Shown here: positions 1 through 13,540 of the stretch, one piece after another
Layout of the letters: every line of letters begins with the position of its first letter
Position numbering within the stretch: position 1 is the first letter of the stretch
DNA from: Amphiscolops sp. MND2022
Taxonomy: Eukaryota
NCBI GenBank assembly: GCA_964187785.1
Contig: OZ076409.1
Span: forward strand, 24,926,001 to 24,990,000
Direction: 5' to 3'
Length of the DNA stretch: 64,000 bases
Notes under the pieces: generated by a model
Databases searched by the model: none
What the model was told of the DNA's origin: nothing
What the model saw: the letters and a program-made list of their open reading frames with translations, nothing else
Program-made: the position numbers and the translations under genes

Positions 1-2471
1 TTGAAACAACGTAGAATATGTAACTGTTGCGAATAATACAATTACTCTGTGGAAAGTGCAGTAATCATGTAACTCGGCCCAGGACACCTCCCAGGCCAAA
101 AGGATATTTAATTCATTGTAGGAATGGATAATGTTGGTGATATGAAAGATTTCCTTTCTTCCTAACAGAAGTAAAGCTTGATATGAGTGTTTGTAAAGGA
201 CGGCCGTTAATTACATGCAGTTTATAGTACCAATTTTCATATAAACAATGTTTAATTTTTAAAGATCCCAGACCACGGCCTGGGACCGGGATTTCATCAC
301 TTCTTGATTTTATCATCTAACGCCCTGAAATCCAGTGTTTCGACATATGCATAAAATTGTGCGGTGGTTTGAAGATTTTCTAATTAGATTGAGAGACAGT
401 TTGTCCTCTGTGAATTTGAGTGTCATTCTTCTGTTTTCAATTTTCCTTTTGTCTGCTGTAACTTTGTGATTCATCTGTATACTGTCCTTGCCAAGTTCAG
501 CTTCGGCGTCCCGAAAAGGCGGAAATTGGAAGCGAAGGGAAGCGGAGTCGCAACTCAGGCAGAAAGTGGAAACTTGCTTTCCTTGGGAAGCTTGAACAAA
601 CTGAGAGTCTGATTTCGACAAAGCGGAACTGAACTTCCGGTTTCCCTGCCTTGGAAGGACGCCGGACTGAACGAGGCGTGAAGCTTGTGTGCAATTTCCA
701 TCGCTCTTGCGAGCGGAAAGTATAAATACCCGTGATCTTGGAATTGATTTCAGTTAATAATTTTTGCAAATTTTTCGCCTTTTGATCCGTTTTTGATAAT
801 CAATAAACCTTTCAAACTTTCAATTTTCTTCACTACCTAGTAGAAATATTCAAGCCGATATTTCCAGTCTAAGTCAATACTGTAAAACTAAAAATACCTG
901 AAAGATCATCCAAAAGGAAAGCCAGAAGGGATTCCTCAACTAGTTCGCTAGACGAGCCTGAGGCTGCGAGTTTAAGAACCGAAAACGTTGCGAGCATTTC
1001 AGACGAAGATTTCTCCGAGATATCTAAATGGTTGAGAAATCTGTCAGCAGGAGAATAAAAGAAACTGAAATGAATCAAAGAGAGATTCTTAAGATGATAG
1101 AAAACCTATCTTCCGAAATTGACACACTGTCTGGCAAAGCACCTGGGACTACAGTTTCGGAAACGAACGAAAACCAATCCTGAGAACATGGCTTCTACCT
1201 CTAGATCGACGGAATTAAATGAATTGACCCAAGTTGGAGGTCACTACAGCTGGATTACATGGAAAAGCTTTTCTTCGAACCTCGACCTCCTTTTTAGTAA
1301 AACGCTATTTACTTCGGATATAACATTGGATGTTCAGATATTTAAAAAAAAAACATTATTCGTGTGTTCTCAATGTTTCGCTTTCAAAATGTTCCCGTTC
1401 GTTTGTTAAATTTAATGTTCTTTTGTCTTCGACTGAAAGCAACATAACTTTCGAAGTTTTGGAATTTCGGTGGAAAATAAATTTGTTTCTATTTTAAACC
1501 CTTTCCAACCCTTTCCTGGTTCAAAAATATAAGCAATCATGTTCCGTGATACATCGAAGTATCACTTTTTTTTCAATATAAACAAAAACAAAAAATATAT
1601 TTTGAAACGAAGAGATCTTTTATTTTGAAAATGATTCAAGACCTTATAAAATATTTAGAGAAATTGAACTAGCGCTTCTCTCTCTACTTCCGGATTTTAG
1701 CTGGCACTTTGGGAAGAAAAGAACCAACTATAGCAAATGTTTCTTTAAGACCAGCTAACTGACACATTTCTATAAGCACGTTTCTATCAGTTTCGAGTGG
1801 ATTCGAGCCTAGCACTAAACCAAAATGTTTTCAATTGAATGCCCCTAACATTTTGAAATACAGTTTTTTGATGTTTTCAGCTGGCGAAAACGTTTTTTTT
1901 TAATCTCACAGGTGTCCCTTCGAGTATTATCTAGCACTGTAAATTTGATAACATCCTCAAATTAGTGTCTCCTTGTGTGAACCTTCAGCGGGGCGCCAAC
2001 TTGGGCCGTTCCCGGCTTCTTTTCTAACCACTGGTTCGCTTTCTTTCGTAAGTTCTAAATTTTTTTTCGGTACCAACTCATTTCAGACATTTCTTGGTGT
2101 CATCTCTGATCTCTGATGCATGTATATTCTTATAAAAATTAGCAGTCATTTTTGAACTGGAGCCGCTGACCTGACAACATTCCTTTGTGTGTGTCTAATT
2201 AGATTTGTACCATCAGAAAACGCTCACCGAAATTAACAAAGAATGAAGTACTTCTAGCATTGCTTTGTGTCGACTTCACTAAACTCGCCCTCTTTTCTAG
2301 ATTACAACAAAGTGTAATTGTGAAAATCTAATCACATTTGTTTCTGGACTGGTTCTTTTGAACTGCTGTAATTTTTGTCTTTTTGCTCCATTTTTATGAC
2401 TAAAATTTGCCAGTATGTAGGGCATTCAATTCAGAGGCATGTCAAATAAATTTCCCCAAAGCCTTCAATTA

Positions 2472-2708
2472 CATGTAATTTGTAAAAATAAAATAATCAT
2501 GTACTTCTTTTGACCCAAGACTAATTTTTGCAAAATTCTTGAACAGTTTTCCCCTTTGGACTTTAACATATTTACTTTAGTCACTATACCGTATAGTGAC
2601 TAAAGTAAATATGTTAAAGTCCAAAGGGGAAAACTGTTCAAGAATTTTGCAAAAATTAGTCTTGGGTCAAAAGAAGTACATGATTATTTTATTTTTACAA
2701 ATTACATG
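2472..2708. repeat. Perfect palindrome, 118-bp arms, 1-nt loop (C2590)
   Basis: CATGTAATTTG...GTCACTATAC-C-GTATAGTGAC...CAAATTACATG; no mismatches seen between arms. Confidence 0.95.
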
Positions 2709-2813
2709 GGTACATGTGACATAAAATGGCCTATCGTAACATAATTTTCAAACAAACATATTTGTAAACTAGAGGAACTAGAGAAAAAAATTGAGGGACT
2801 TTTACTCTTGCCA

Positions 2814-3487
2814 TTTTTAGTCGGCGCTTCATGAAATGAAACGCGACTATTATAGTGACTCTTTTTTTCTATCCACACGAACTGACCAAAATAGTTCTAC
2901 AAAAGTTCTACAAAATATTATTGCACCAAATTGCACTATTTGGTCTAGCGAACTGAACCAAAAAGGTTTTTCCTGTTTTTCCGCGTAACATACCATACCG
3001 GGCGAGACCAAAGGCTCCAACCTTTCATTTTTTTCGGCACTGCGAGACTGTTTTTTCGAAAAAAAAATCCCCAAAGGGTCCCCCTGCATTTTTGTTGATG
3101 TTTTGCGACAGAATGGATGTTGAAAAATCCCAAAGGGTCCCCCCTTTCAGTTTTTACCGGCATTGTGAAATTTTTTCCCGAAAATGAAAATTTTTGTTTT
3201 CTTCAATTTTTTCATGTTTTGCGACAGAATGGATGTTGAAAAACCTCAGAGGGTCCCCTCTTTCAGTTTTTCGGCGTTGTGAGACTTTAGCGCGCCAGGG
3301 GCTTGCGCTAGCGAGCTCTGGCGCGCCACTCGGTCCATTTTTTTGAGTATGTAATTTTTTCGAAAATTTTTTTTTCAAAAAAATTTTGATTTTCGAGTAC
3401 TGTAAAAGAGAATACTTGACACTTGGAAGTCTTTTTGCTATTTTTGAGCCTTGGATATGGCGCCGACTTGGGCCGGTCCCGGCTTGT
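2814..3487 (-). mobile_element. Non-autonomous dispersed repeat, Helentron/HINE(DINE-1)-like
   Basis: Same ends as the 7661-8130 copy in reverse: ACAAGCCGGG.CCGGCCCAAGTCGGCGCC at one end, ..GCGCCGACTAAAAA at the other (sub-terminal inverted GTCGGCGC/GCGCCGAC), with internal AAGGGTCCCC repeats. Family assignment is inferred from structure only. Confidence 0.6.
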
Positions 3488-3684
3488 CCTAAAACCACTG
3501 ACGTTTTTGAGATATTCGATTTTAAAGATTTGCCTTATGTTGCTTCTTCTGGAATCACTACTGTGGATACCTATAAGCACACACACGGCGAGCAATATGA
3601 GCCCCTTGAAATGTCTATATGGTATTTTAGTAAGGGCCGGCGGTGCCTTTGGCTGTTCTGGACATCATACTCCATGTTGTTTAG

Positions 3685-6600
3685 GCTTTCTTCTTCATCT
3701 TACCACACGTGCTGTGGAGATCGATCTACCTGTACTCCGGCTTCGATTTCGAGCAAGTGACGAAGCACGCGTCCAGCTTTCAGGTGCAGATTGATGAAAT
3801 TGCGTGGAGGACTCTGATCACCAGATTGTCCAGACACATCGATCGATATCTAGGTACAGTAGCTACATTATCACGCCTAGAGACACAACGGCGGCGCCCC
3901 TTCCCTACTACGCCCCCCCATTAAAGTCCCTTCCTACTTGATAACCCAGGCTCTCCCCTCAATTAGGATCTATTCTCATCCCCATTTGTAACGCTTCGTC
4001 AGCCACGTCGCTGCAAAAAATGCAAAAAATCATGCCATGGGAACAAAATTTCTTTAGCCTCCGTCTTTTAAAGTTATTACTGAACGACAAATATAAATTA
4101 GTTATGGAACAAGGAGTTTTCTCCAAAAATGGTAGTACGGCTTGCAAGCTTTCCAAATAATTCAAAAACGGTTTAGAAAGTTTGGAAACTTTGGGATTTC
4201 GAAAGAATGCGACTTGATATCATTAAATTTCTGGTTTCGTTGTCTCTGTTCGGATATTTTTTGGCTTCTTGAGAATTTTAGAACTTTCCCAACAACAATT
4301 TTTCACGATTTGAAATACTTTGCGCTTTTTGAGCCTCAAGCCCGCACCGAATTTTTTCCTGATACTAGGGTTTTTTAACCTCGTCAGCACACCAACAAGT
4401 TGAAAAATTGACAAAAAAGGCAACATTTTTTAAATGCTTAATTTCTTTAGTGTGACAGTAACTTAGCAAACAGTTGCTGTGTTATTGAGAAAAAGCTAAT
4501 TTTCTGAAAAGTATTTTTTTGCAAACTTTCACTTTTTTCCAGTTACTTTTTGCCGGTGGTTCGGAAAACAAATTATTTTGACACAAATAACAGCTCGCCC
4601 CAAATAGTCCAATTGATTGTTGATAAGAGAGACAAACTTTCGTTTTCCTATCTGCTTTTGCGTTTCGTATTTTTTTATTGATTGTGAAAAAAATGGCTGT
4701 ACTCATTTGAGGACGAAATCACTAACGAGGTTAATGTTTTAGAACTGCAGAAGAGTGCGGGAGACACGTGGTGTAGCAAGTTCCGCTCGATCCTCAGTGG
4801 GCGCTGCATCGTGTCCATCAGCAGACACTACGGCAACTTCCTCACATACACCTACCCCACAGTCAAGTTCCTGTTCATCGTCAACATCGTAGGGCAGATG
4901 TACGTCCTCTCTCTGTGGCTAGGTCGGTTGCTTTTCCTTCACTTCCCGGTACAAACTCATGAGTTTTTTATGTGGTTATATACGTGGACCCATTTTGTTC
5001 ACCATGTGCATATTGAAATGTTAGTATGCGAGGGGTCGCATGATTCAAGGAAATTCGTGATGTTTCATAGAGAGTCTTTGAAAGTTTGCCTTCCATTCGA
5101 TTCATCGTATGGAAAAGGCATGAAATTATGGCATTCAAATTTGTGGTTTTTTGTGTTTGCCTTGAATTTTATCTGATTTCTATATAAATATATCGCACTG
5201 AACGAATACCTTGTCTCACACTTTTCCGGATACCCCGCTGAATAGTACTTCGCTGAGAACAGGCTTTGTTGATTTGTTTCTAAGACATCATCATTCCGCT
5301 CAAGTTTCGACGGCCAATTTGATAATCGAGAAAGGTCTTCAATTGTTTTTTTTTGAAAAAAAATTATGATAGCTTTCCGAATGACTTAGCCATTGATTTT
5401 CATTTTTATAATATTCATAGTCCCGAATTAGCCATGTTATTCATGTCCATGGAGTTGGAAGAAAAAAGTGGAATCCTCTGTTACTGAGACTAATCATGAT
5501 AAAGTTGACATCGGTTATCGGTACAAGTTTGGTTTCTATCAGTTATTATGCGTAACAGGTGAAGACTACCGCTGGTATGGAATTGATGTCATCTTCAGCA
5601 TGGCCATGGAGGGTAAGCGACTTAGTGACGTCACCAACCTCTTCCCTAGAATCACGTGGTGCAGAGTCCAGGAGAGAAAGATGGAGAGCATCCTCCTTCA
5701 TCAGATGAATTGTGTACTGCCTATCAACTTGTTCAACGAAATGGTCTTTTTAGTTAGTACCGCCTTATTCGTTTGATCCATTTCATTTGTCGTTTCGTTT
5801 TTTTTCTACAAAAAAAGCATCTGCCGTTTTTCTGAGCATGTCATAGAGGTTAGAGAAGGCTAGAGGCCTGTTCTGGGGCGGTATCTCGCAACTCATCATT
5901 GTTGGGCCTTGAGTAAGTCCTTCATCCCTAGCTTAGTGGTATGGTCATGACGAAAAAAACGCATTTCGAGCAGAAAATGGTACAACAGCTTGCTATGGGG
6001 AAAGTATTTGAAAGGGCGTTGATATGAAAAACCAGAACTGCTTATTTCACGTCCACCCCACGGAGTTGTGGAAATAAGCTTTCTCACCAAAGTTATACTT
6101 CACTTCATAATTCATATAGTCCAAGTACGATAAATTAAAATTTGATTGCAACTTGTTGACTAATCCTTTTGATAAACAAGACGACCACCGAGCACCGGTA
6201 CATTTTCCGCCCCAAACTGTTCTACAACAGCATAATTTTGATGCTCAAATGTAGCCAATCCATTATGAAAATGCATAGAAACTTAAAGGAGTGAAAGTTT
6301 TGACACTTTTCGCTTCATCTTATTGCATTTCCAAAAAACACCTAATTTAAGAATACGTTAAGTACCAATTGTTTTGTTGTTTAACTATGTGAATACCAAT
6401 ACATAACCTTCCAAATGCTTACATACAGAACAAGTCACTGAAAATACCAAAAATTGAAAACATTTGGGTCGTTTTGACGCACGTTAAAAAAACACACATA
6501 TATTTTCCGAAATGCCTACCGGATTCAGTCGATGGTGAATAGTTACACCATTCTCACCCAATAAAAGCTCGAAAATTCAGCGGAAACTGCATGAAAACGT

Positions 6601-9600
6601 CAAACACGTTTGGATTTTTAAGGGTACTTCTGAATTTTTTCTGCGAGAAAAACTGCAAATAGACAAAAACTGCAAAACGAGAGAAACTGCAAAGTCTACG
6701 TTCTCGAGGAGACGTCTGAAGTAGAGCAATTTCCTTTCGAAACCCATACTGTAGCTACATGTTTCGACCCTAAGCTTATGCATTTTCTGATTTAGGAAAA
6801 CTGTCGGAAAATCTTCAAAATTGGGAGTATATGGTCGATAAAAGAGAAATATCTGTTTTTACTCCTTTGTTTTCAAAATCGAGGAACATTATCCCAGTTT
6901 CTATCCCAAGTAGCGTTTTAAATATCCTTTCATTCGAGATCAATGGAAATTCTATTCTACAAAAACTTTTGTGAATTGAACACGAGTTGGCTGTAAGAAG
7001 TCAAAAAATTAGGTTTTTTGTCAATATTTGATTCTCAGGGTGTTTTTCAATCCCGTTTTAACGCAAAATTGTGTAAATACCATCAGAAATTACTACTGGA
7101 TCCCGGGCTTAGTCGTTGCCGACTATTTAATCTTTTGTATGTTACCAAATTGCTCAAGAAATTCACAAAAAACTGCGTATAAATACGTCAAAAACATGTA
7201 GTTTTTTGATAGATTCGGCTCATTCTGAGGTGTTTTTCTTCCATAAAAACTCCAAAAGTCTCGTTTAAAATCGTGCTCTGAAATTAGTAGTATTACAAAA
7301 CACAAAACAACAAAGTTAGCAAAACACAAATGTCAAAAAATTTGATTTTTTTTTGCTTTTGACAGTTTTGATCAAACTGTGGTAATGTTCTTCCAAAAAA
7401 ACTGCCTAATTTCCTATAAAAAGCGTACTGCCTGGCTAGATTTTTGTCGAGAGCCTAAGTGGTCTTCTAATTTACGACAATTAAGTGCAAAAAAACATAA
7501 GAAAGTGTCAAATTTGATATTTTCGACATTCTGGAGTCAATTCGAAGGATTGTCTGACATCAGCTTGCGGATATCTCATCAAAAATTTACTCCAATACAG
7601 TTTTCATCATTTTCGAACGTTTTCAACATTCTAACTACAAAACGTTTCGAAAAGATTAGAACAAGCCGGGAACGGCCCAAGTCGGCGCCATATCTAAGGC
7701 TCAAAAATAGCAAAAGGACTTCAAAATGTCAAAGTATTGGTGAATTGGGGACCCTTTTTTGAAAAAAAAATGGGAAAAATTCTCACAATGCCGAAAAAAA
7801 CTGAAAGGAGCGACCCTTTGTAATTTTTCAACATCCGTTCTGTCGGAAAACTCCAAGAAATTGAAGGGGGGACCCTTTGGTGAGAAGTTTTTTCTTCGAA
7901 AAAAAGTCCCACAGAGCCGAAAAAACTCTAAGGGAGTACCCTTTGGCCCCGTTGAGTTTCTTAGATGATGTAAAAATACTACTTCGTAAGCTAAGTAAGA
8001 ATTGTAAAACTTGTAAGGTTGTAAGAATTGTAAGAAAAGTGGACCATTTAGAGTGAGATTGTAGGCTGAAAAAACTATCCACTGTAATAGTCGGGCTTTT
8101 TTCCTTAAGGGAAAAGGCGCCGACTAAAAATAACGTGGAAAACGATGAAAAAAAAACGAATTTGCCCTATTTTTCGTCTCACTTGGAGTCATTCTGAAGT
8201 GTTTTTGAAGCAAACATCGCAACTCTTTCTTCAAAAAGGTGTATTACAAAGCTAGTTTGCTCGTCGCTGAAAGTTTCGAACCCTCTTACCTTTGAAAGCT
8301 CTCGAAAACTGTTCACAAATTGTCTGAAAAACCACAAAAACTGGAATTTTGTTTTTTTTGTGTCAATTTGGGTAATTTTGCTAAATCTCTCTAAATACAT
8401 ATCGCATGAAACTAGGTTTACGTCAGTTGAATTCTATAGGTGAAACCCTTCAACTTGGATACAATTTTGGAACATGGCAAATTTTGGAAAAAATACGCTG
8501 GTGATTCAAGCATTTTCATTTCCCATATGAAATATGGGCGGAAATTGAAAAAAACTTGGTGGGGCCAATGATTGAACTAGTGTTTTCGAACATTTTTTGA
8601 GAAATATTCAAGAGTTAAACTTGATCACTCACAACTGATAAACTACAAACCAAATACATGTTTCATAGAAAAATATCAACATGACGATGACTTATCGAAG
8701 ACCGAATTTCATGTCAAACTGCAAGATGGGTTTGAATTTCAGGTCGTTTGGTTCTGGTTGGCGATTGTGTTTGTGATCACAACTATCAACCTCACTCGAT
8801 GGTTTCTGAACTGCAGTTACATGGGAGACGAATATGTGCGAAAACATCTGAAGTTCGCTAAGAAGTTACAGGTCAGTTTGCACAAGAGGTTCTTCGTATA
8901 TTTCTTTTATCATTAGTTGGGAGAAGAATTCTCTCTCCAATGCCCCTAAGACAGGTTTGAAAAGAACAGCTGCGGGATTTGTTAATTGCATTGTCAGTCT
9001 TTTCAAAAAGACTGACGCAAAGAATCAAGAACAAAACCGTTGCTGAAAATAGGATTTTTCATCTTGAAGTTCATTGTTCAATTAAGTGTGCAATTACAGG
9101 TAGGATAGAAGATGCATCAATGCTAGAGACAGTCTAAAACATGGGAAATGTTTAAAAATCGTCTTTGGACAATCGGCAGATCGAAAATGATGACATTTAG
9201 GAAGCTATTGCATGATGGCCAATGCAGCAGGCAACCCTGGAATAAAATATCAAAAAGCCAAACTTTTTTCATTCCTGCTACAAAAGCTGGTTTACAAACT
9301 TGGAATCCTCTAACTAGGAATATTTTTCAGAAGCGTATTTTTAGTCGGCGCTTCATGAAGTGAAAGGCAACTATTATAGTGACTTTTTTCAATCGACACT
9401 AACTGACCAAAATAGTTCTAAAAAGTTCTACAAAGTTCTACAAATTGTACAATTTGGCCCAGGGAACTGAACTACAATAGTCGTTTCTTTTTCCACCTTA
9501 AAGTACAATACCGGACGAGCTTATAGGGTCACCTTTTTGATTATTTTTTTGGCACTGTGGGACCTTTTTCGAACTTTTTTTAAATATCTCTAGAGAGCCC

Positions 9601-10333
9601 CCCTTTCAATTTTTAAAATATTTTGCAACAGAATGGATGTTAAAAAATCCCAAAGGGTCCCCTTTTAGCGCGCGAGGGTCCCGCGCAAGCGGTCCTTCGG
9701 CGCGTCAGTTAGGTCAGCCTTTGGGTTTTTTGGATACTGTGGAAAAGAATACTTGAAACTTTGAAGTCCTTTTTGTGCGGTATTAATGTAGCTTCAGATT
9801 CATGATGCCCATTAATTGATCGGAAAGGTATCACAAGGTCTAGAGATTTATTTACAGTTTCATCATTTATACGCTATATAAACACGTTGTGTTTTTCTAA
9901 ATTCTAGACACCAGAAGATAAGAAACTTCTGAAACGGTTCCTGCACGGCTATTTGAAACAAGATGGAGTTTTCATCATTCGCATGCTGAGTAAAAACACA
10001 ACCTCAATCTTCATCTCGGATCTTTTGGCTGAAATGTTCGAGTTGCACAGAATCAAAATCACAGAACAGAGAAACTTACAAAGACTCGAGAGAGCCAAAA
10101 TTGAGGCAGGATACCCCCCTAACACGCTATCGCAGGATAGCTACCACAGTGAGGAGAACCTTTTGTTCCAACCCGAACCCCCCTCGGCCCCAGCACCCGC
10201 CCTGCCGCCCCGCAACAACCCTATTGCTGTGATCAGTGACGCAAAGCCTCCCCCTCTTTATCAGAGATTCGCAACAAACCTGGATGTTACCTCCACTCAG
10301 AGTTGCGACAATCTTTGCGACAAGAAAAAATAG
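3685..10333 (+). CDS. inx: Innexin (invertebrate gap-junction protein), 3' part; exons 3685-3853, 4743-4922, 5559-5752, 8743-8871, 9908-10333; earlier exons not found in window
   Basis: Five GT-AG exons join in frame (phases 1,1,0,0): AFFFILPHVLWR; GNFLTYTYPTVKFLFIVNIVGQ; FPRITWC...NCVLPINLFNEMVFL|VVWFWL; FLHGYLKQDGVFIIRMLSKN. These are the innexin TM2, TM3, EL2/TM4 and C-tail signatures. Confidence 0.93.
7661..8130 (+). mobile_element. Second copy of the same repeat family
   Basis: ACAAGCCGGGAACGGCCCAAGTCGGCGCCATATCTAAGGCTCAAAAATAGC ... GTAATAGTCGGGC...GGCGCCGACTAAAAA. Confidence 0.6.
9337..9772 (-). mobile_element. Third, truncated copy of the same repeat family
   Basis: TTTTTAGTCGGCGCTTCATGAA...ACTGACCAAAATAGTTCTA...CAGAATGGATGTT..AAAATCCCAAAGGGTCCCC aligns with 2814-3430. 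Confidence 0.6.
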
Positions 10334-11583
10334 GCAGAAAATTGAGATTAAATAGTTGAATTAATCACCAAGCAACTTGAAATTTGATTTAGAATTGATA
10401 CAATTTGTATATTGGCTGCTAAATTTCCACATATGCTCTGCAATGCTTTAAGCTGCACGTTACCCACTTTTCGTAACTTTTTCCTCTTAGCGTCTATAAT
10501 GGAAAAAAATCAAAAAATCGGGAAGAAATCCAAATAGTTTTTATTTCTATCAATTGAATTCTACAGAAATATAAGTTCCAAATACAAACACACAAATTAC
10601 AATAGAATTATATGCAATATCCGAAGAACAATCAAAAGATTTTGAGACAATATTCCCGCGTTGAAAAGAAAACCAAAATAATCTCTCAAAAATCACAAAA
10701 ATGCTTGAATTTTTTTGTATATCTGAAGTCCAAAAGATGAGGGAAAAGTAATGAATACTTTTTATTGTACCTGTTTACTGATAATTTAAACCCTTGTAGA
10801 TGTGCGACAATTCATTTTGAAACTATTTCTTATTTCCCAGATTGTTTGATTTTGTTCACGCTACGAAATACTGAATCGGAGAGGCTTCCACAGAACAATG
10901 AGATGCAAAATCCATAGAAAGATATAAATTTTGTGGCATCATCTCTATAAAAAACTAATAAACAACAAAGCAGTTGGTCAGACCCCGATGCAAGTTTTGA
11001 TTTGAAAGAAGAAGGAGATTCATATAAAGCAATTGCTTCTTGACTTGAAACAGGGGATGTATCGCTTGTTGATGTTTATTGTTGACGTAACAAAAAATCA
11101 CAAAGGGAATTACCAAGCTCTTATATGCCTATAGGCATATATGAAAACATCGTTGTGTCAAATGATACATGTAAAAAAAGTCAAAACATATAACGTCATT
11201 TCACCCCAGGATATAACATCCGTAAACATAACATTCATTGCCACGAAAGACTGCCAGCTTGCTTAAAATGAATCAATGGAATTTTATTGCATAGAAATTT
11301 TATTGAGAATTTTATAAAATGTTGAAAAATTAGCTTGGTAACGACCAACAAAAAAGAAAAAAAACGAGTGACTGTAATAGGCGGGCTCTTTTATTCAAAA
11401 AGCGCAGACTGAAAACATGGGAAACAGTTTCAACTAGCGAGGGCGATGAGCCCGATATGCGTCTGATGATTAGACTGTGGTTGCACGTAGAGAGTATACA
11501 GATGGCGTAAGCAGGTTCCAGTAGCTAGATCATTCGAACTGTCCGCCTGTCCCCGGGACTAAAAAAAGGCAAAAAACTGTGAA

Positions 11584-11777
11584 AGTAGTATGCGAATTCC
11601 CGATCCTGATAATCAAAACCCTAAACTTAAGCATTTTTTCAAAAAAATCGATAAAATTGGTGTTTTTTCACTATTAAAAAATAAAAAAATTTTATGTTCG
11701 TAAAACCATTAAAAAATTAATCTTTTTCACAAATTATCAATCAAACCACCTAAAAATCAGCCTTTTTTCACAACTAA
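11584..11777 (+). repeat. Left TIR of Polinton
   Basis: AGTAGTATGCGAATTCCCGATCC...CAACTAA, reverse complement of 37705-37898 with about 11 mismatches by manual count. Confidence 0.95.
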
Positions 11778-11856
11778 GTTTTTTCCAACAAATGATTAAG
11801 TTTTTCCAATGGGAAATTCATTGACCAAGATATAATCATGGAAAAATAACTATTAA

Positions 11857-12261
11857 ATGAATTATTTATCCTTCAAAGAATTTGTTAATAAATATGGATT
11901 AAAAAATGAAGCAACTTCCAATGTAGAAATAAAAGAAATCTTAAAACTCATGAACACATCTTGTGGAATATATATGAGAGATGATAAATTTATAACCACC
12001 AGTGGTATAGTTAACTTACATCCAACTAAAGGAACACATTGGGTTATGTTTGTTAACGAGTTTTATTTTGATTCATATGGCTGTCCACCACCACTAAATA
12101 TAACAAAACAAATCAATAATGGTATCTATTCAGAATATCAAATCCAGAAAGACGACAGTTATTGTGCAGCTTATTGTTTGTATGTGTTATAACTTACACA
12201 AATTATAGGCTTCAAAAATGCAGTTTTAAATTTATACTATCAAACTTTTAAACTTAATTAA
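11857..12261 (+). pseudogene. Adenain-like cysteine maturation protease (PRO); premature TAA at 12190
   Basis: GTHWV (His), YFDSYG (Asp), QIQ..DSYCAAYC (Gln/Cys); frame continues LTQIIGFKNAVLNLYY after the stop. Confidence 0.88.
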
Positions 12262-12302
12262 GCAAGCTTAGAAAAAAAATTCAACAAAATTTTTTTTCTT
12301 AA

Positions 12303-12488
12303 ATGAAGAAAATTAATAATTATTCAGCTCAATTTAAAGTTATTCAAAAGCCAGAGAATGAAAATAATAATAATAATATTCATAAGCAAAGCTCCTTCGG
12401 TAATAATTCAAAAAAGAAATTATCAAAACAAAACCAAGAATTCCTAAATAAGATATCCGCAAGTGGATTTAAACAATTTTTCTCCTAA
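12303..12488 (+). CDS. Small basic hypothetical Polinton protein (61 aa)
   Basis: ATG in the TAAATG context shared with neighbours, packed between PRO and penton; no recognisable motif. Confidence 0.45.
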   Translation: MKKINNYSAQFKVIQKPENENNNNNIHKQSSFGNNSKKKLSKQNQEFLNKISASGFKQFFS

Positions 12489-12491
12489 TAA

Positions 12492-13531
12492 ATGGATCTA
12501 TCAAAATTTGTAACCTATGATAAAAAAGAATCTCTTTTATTGAGTATTGCAAAATCTAATTTGGATATTGTTGAAAATACCTTATTCAAACCTCAGGAAA
12601 CTCTAGAATTTAAAATGAAAAAACAAGAAGAATCTTTTTCATTCGATGTTCCCTTGGAGCTGCCAGAACAATGGATGATGGGAGTAGCAAGTTTAGAAGT
12701 ATATAACAGTGTATATAATATTACCAACAAAAAGAACTCATTCCAGATACAACTATCAGACGAACAACCTAATGGGATTGATACAAAACTTGCAATGAAT
12801 ATTAAATACCTTCATAAAACCAATCAACCAGATTTCAATAAAACAGTTTATGGTTTAATAAATACCACTTTCAAAAATAAAAAGAAGCTTCTAAAAAATG
12901 ATCTTGATAAAATCAAGGATATAATTAACCAGCATGAAAGTGAAAACCTTCTTAATAAACTTAGAATTTTCGAAGTTATTGATCTCCCCATTATAAATGA
13001 AAAAATAGAAATAAAACTCCAACCTGGAATATATGAACTAAGTGATCTGAATACAGCAATACAACAAAAATTACAATATTATCAAGATCATCGAGAATAT
13101 AAAATAAATGGTGTAAATATTAACATTGAAGCAGATACAATATCAATGAAATCAGTTTTAACAACATCTAACCCCATTCATTTTAATTCAAAATTAAATG
13201 AACTTTTAGGATTCACAAATACACACTATATACAAGGAACACATATATCAGAAAAACCAGTTATGATAACAACCACAGACAAAGTTCATCTGAAACGTGA
13301 TTGTGTGGATGGTTCAACTGTTAATGGTATACGAGAACAAATTTTATTTTCTTTCAATCTTAGTGCTCCTCCAGGATATAAAATTATAAAAGAACCTAAT
13401 ATTATTTAAAGAAAAAAATAAACAAAACAAGGTTAGATAGTATTCAATTTTTCCTTAAGAATAACAACCATAATCCAGTTGATTTCAACGGGGAGACATT
13501 AACATTTACATTTCAAATCATCAAGATTTGA
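12492..13531 (+). pseudogene. Minor capsid protein (penton, single jelly-roll); frameshift near 13406
   Basis: FDVPLEL..WMMGVASLEVYNSVYNIT, PGIYELSDLN, LNELLGF, VHL..DCVDGS.VNG...ILFSF...PPGYKI; shifted frame gives SIQFFL..NHNPVDFNGE. Confidence 0.85.
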
Positions 13532-13540
13532 TATATATAA

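Noticed and set aside
860..1210. Possible gag-like coding remnant
   Set aside because: Broken frames and no diagnostic motif.
3386..3684. Additional innexin exon
   Set aside because: No YYQW-type motif; ORFs overlap the repeat end and intron.
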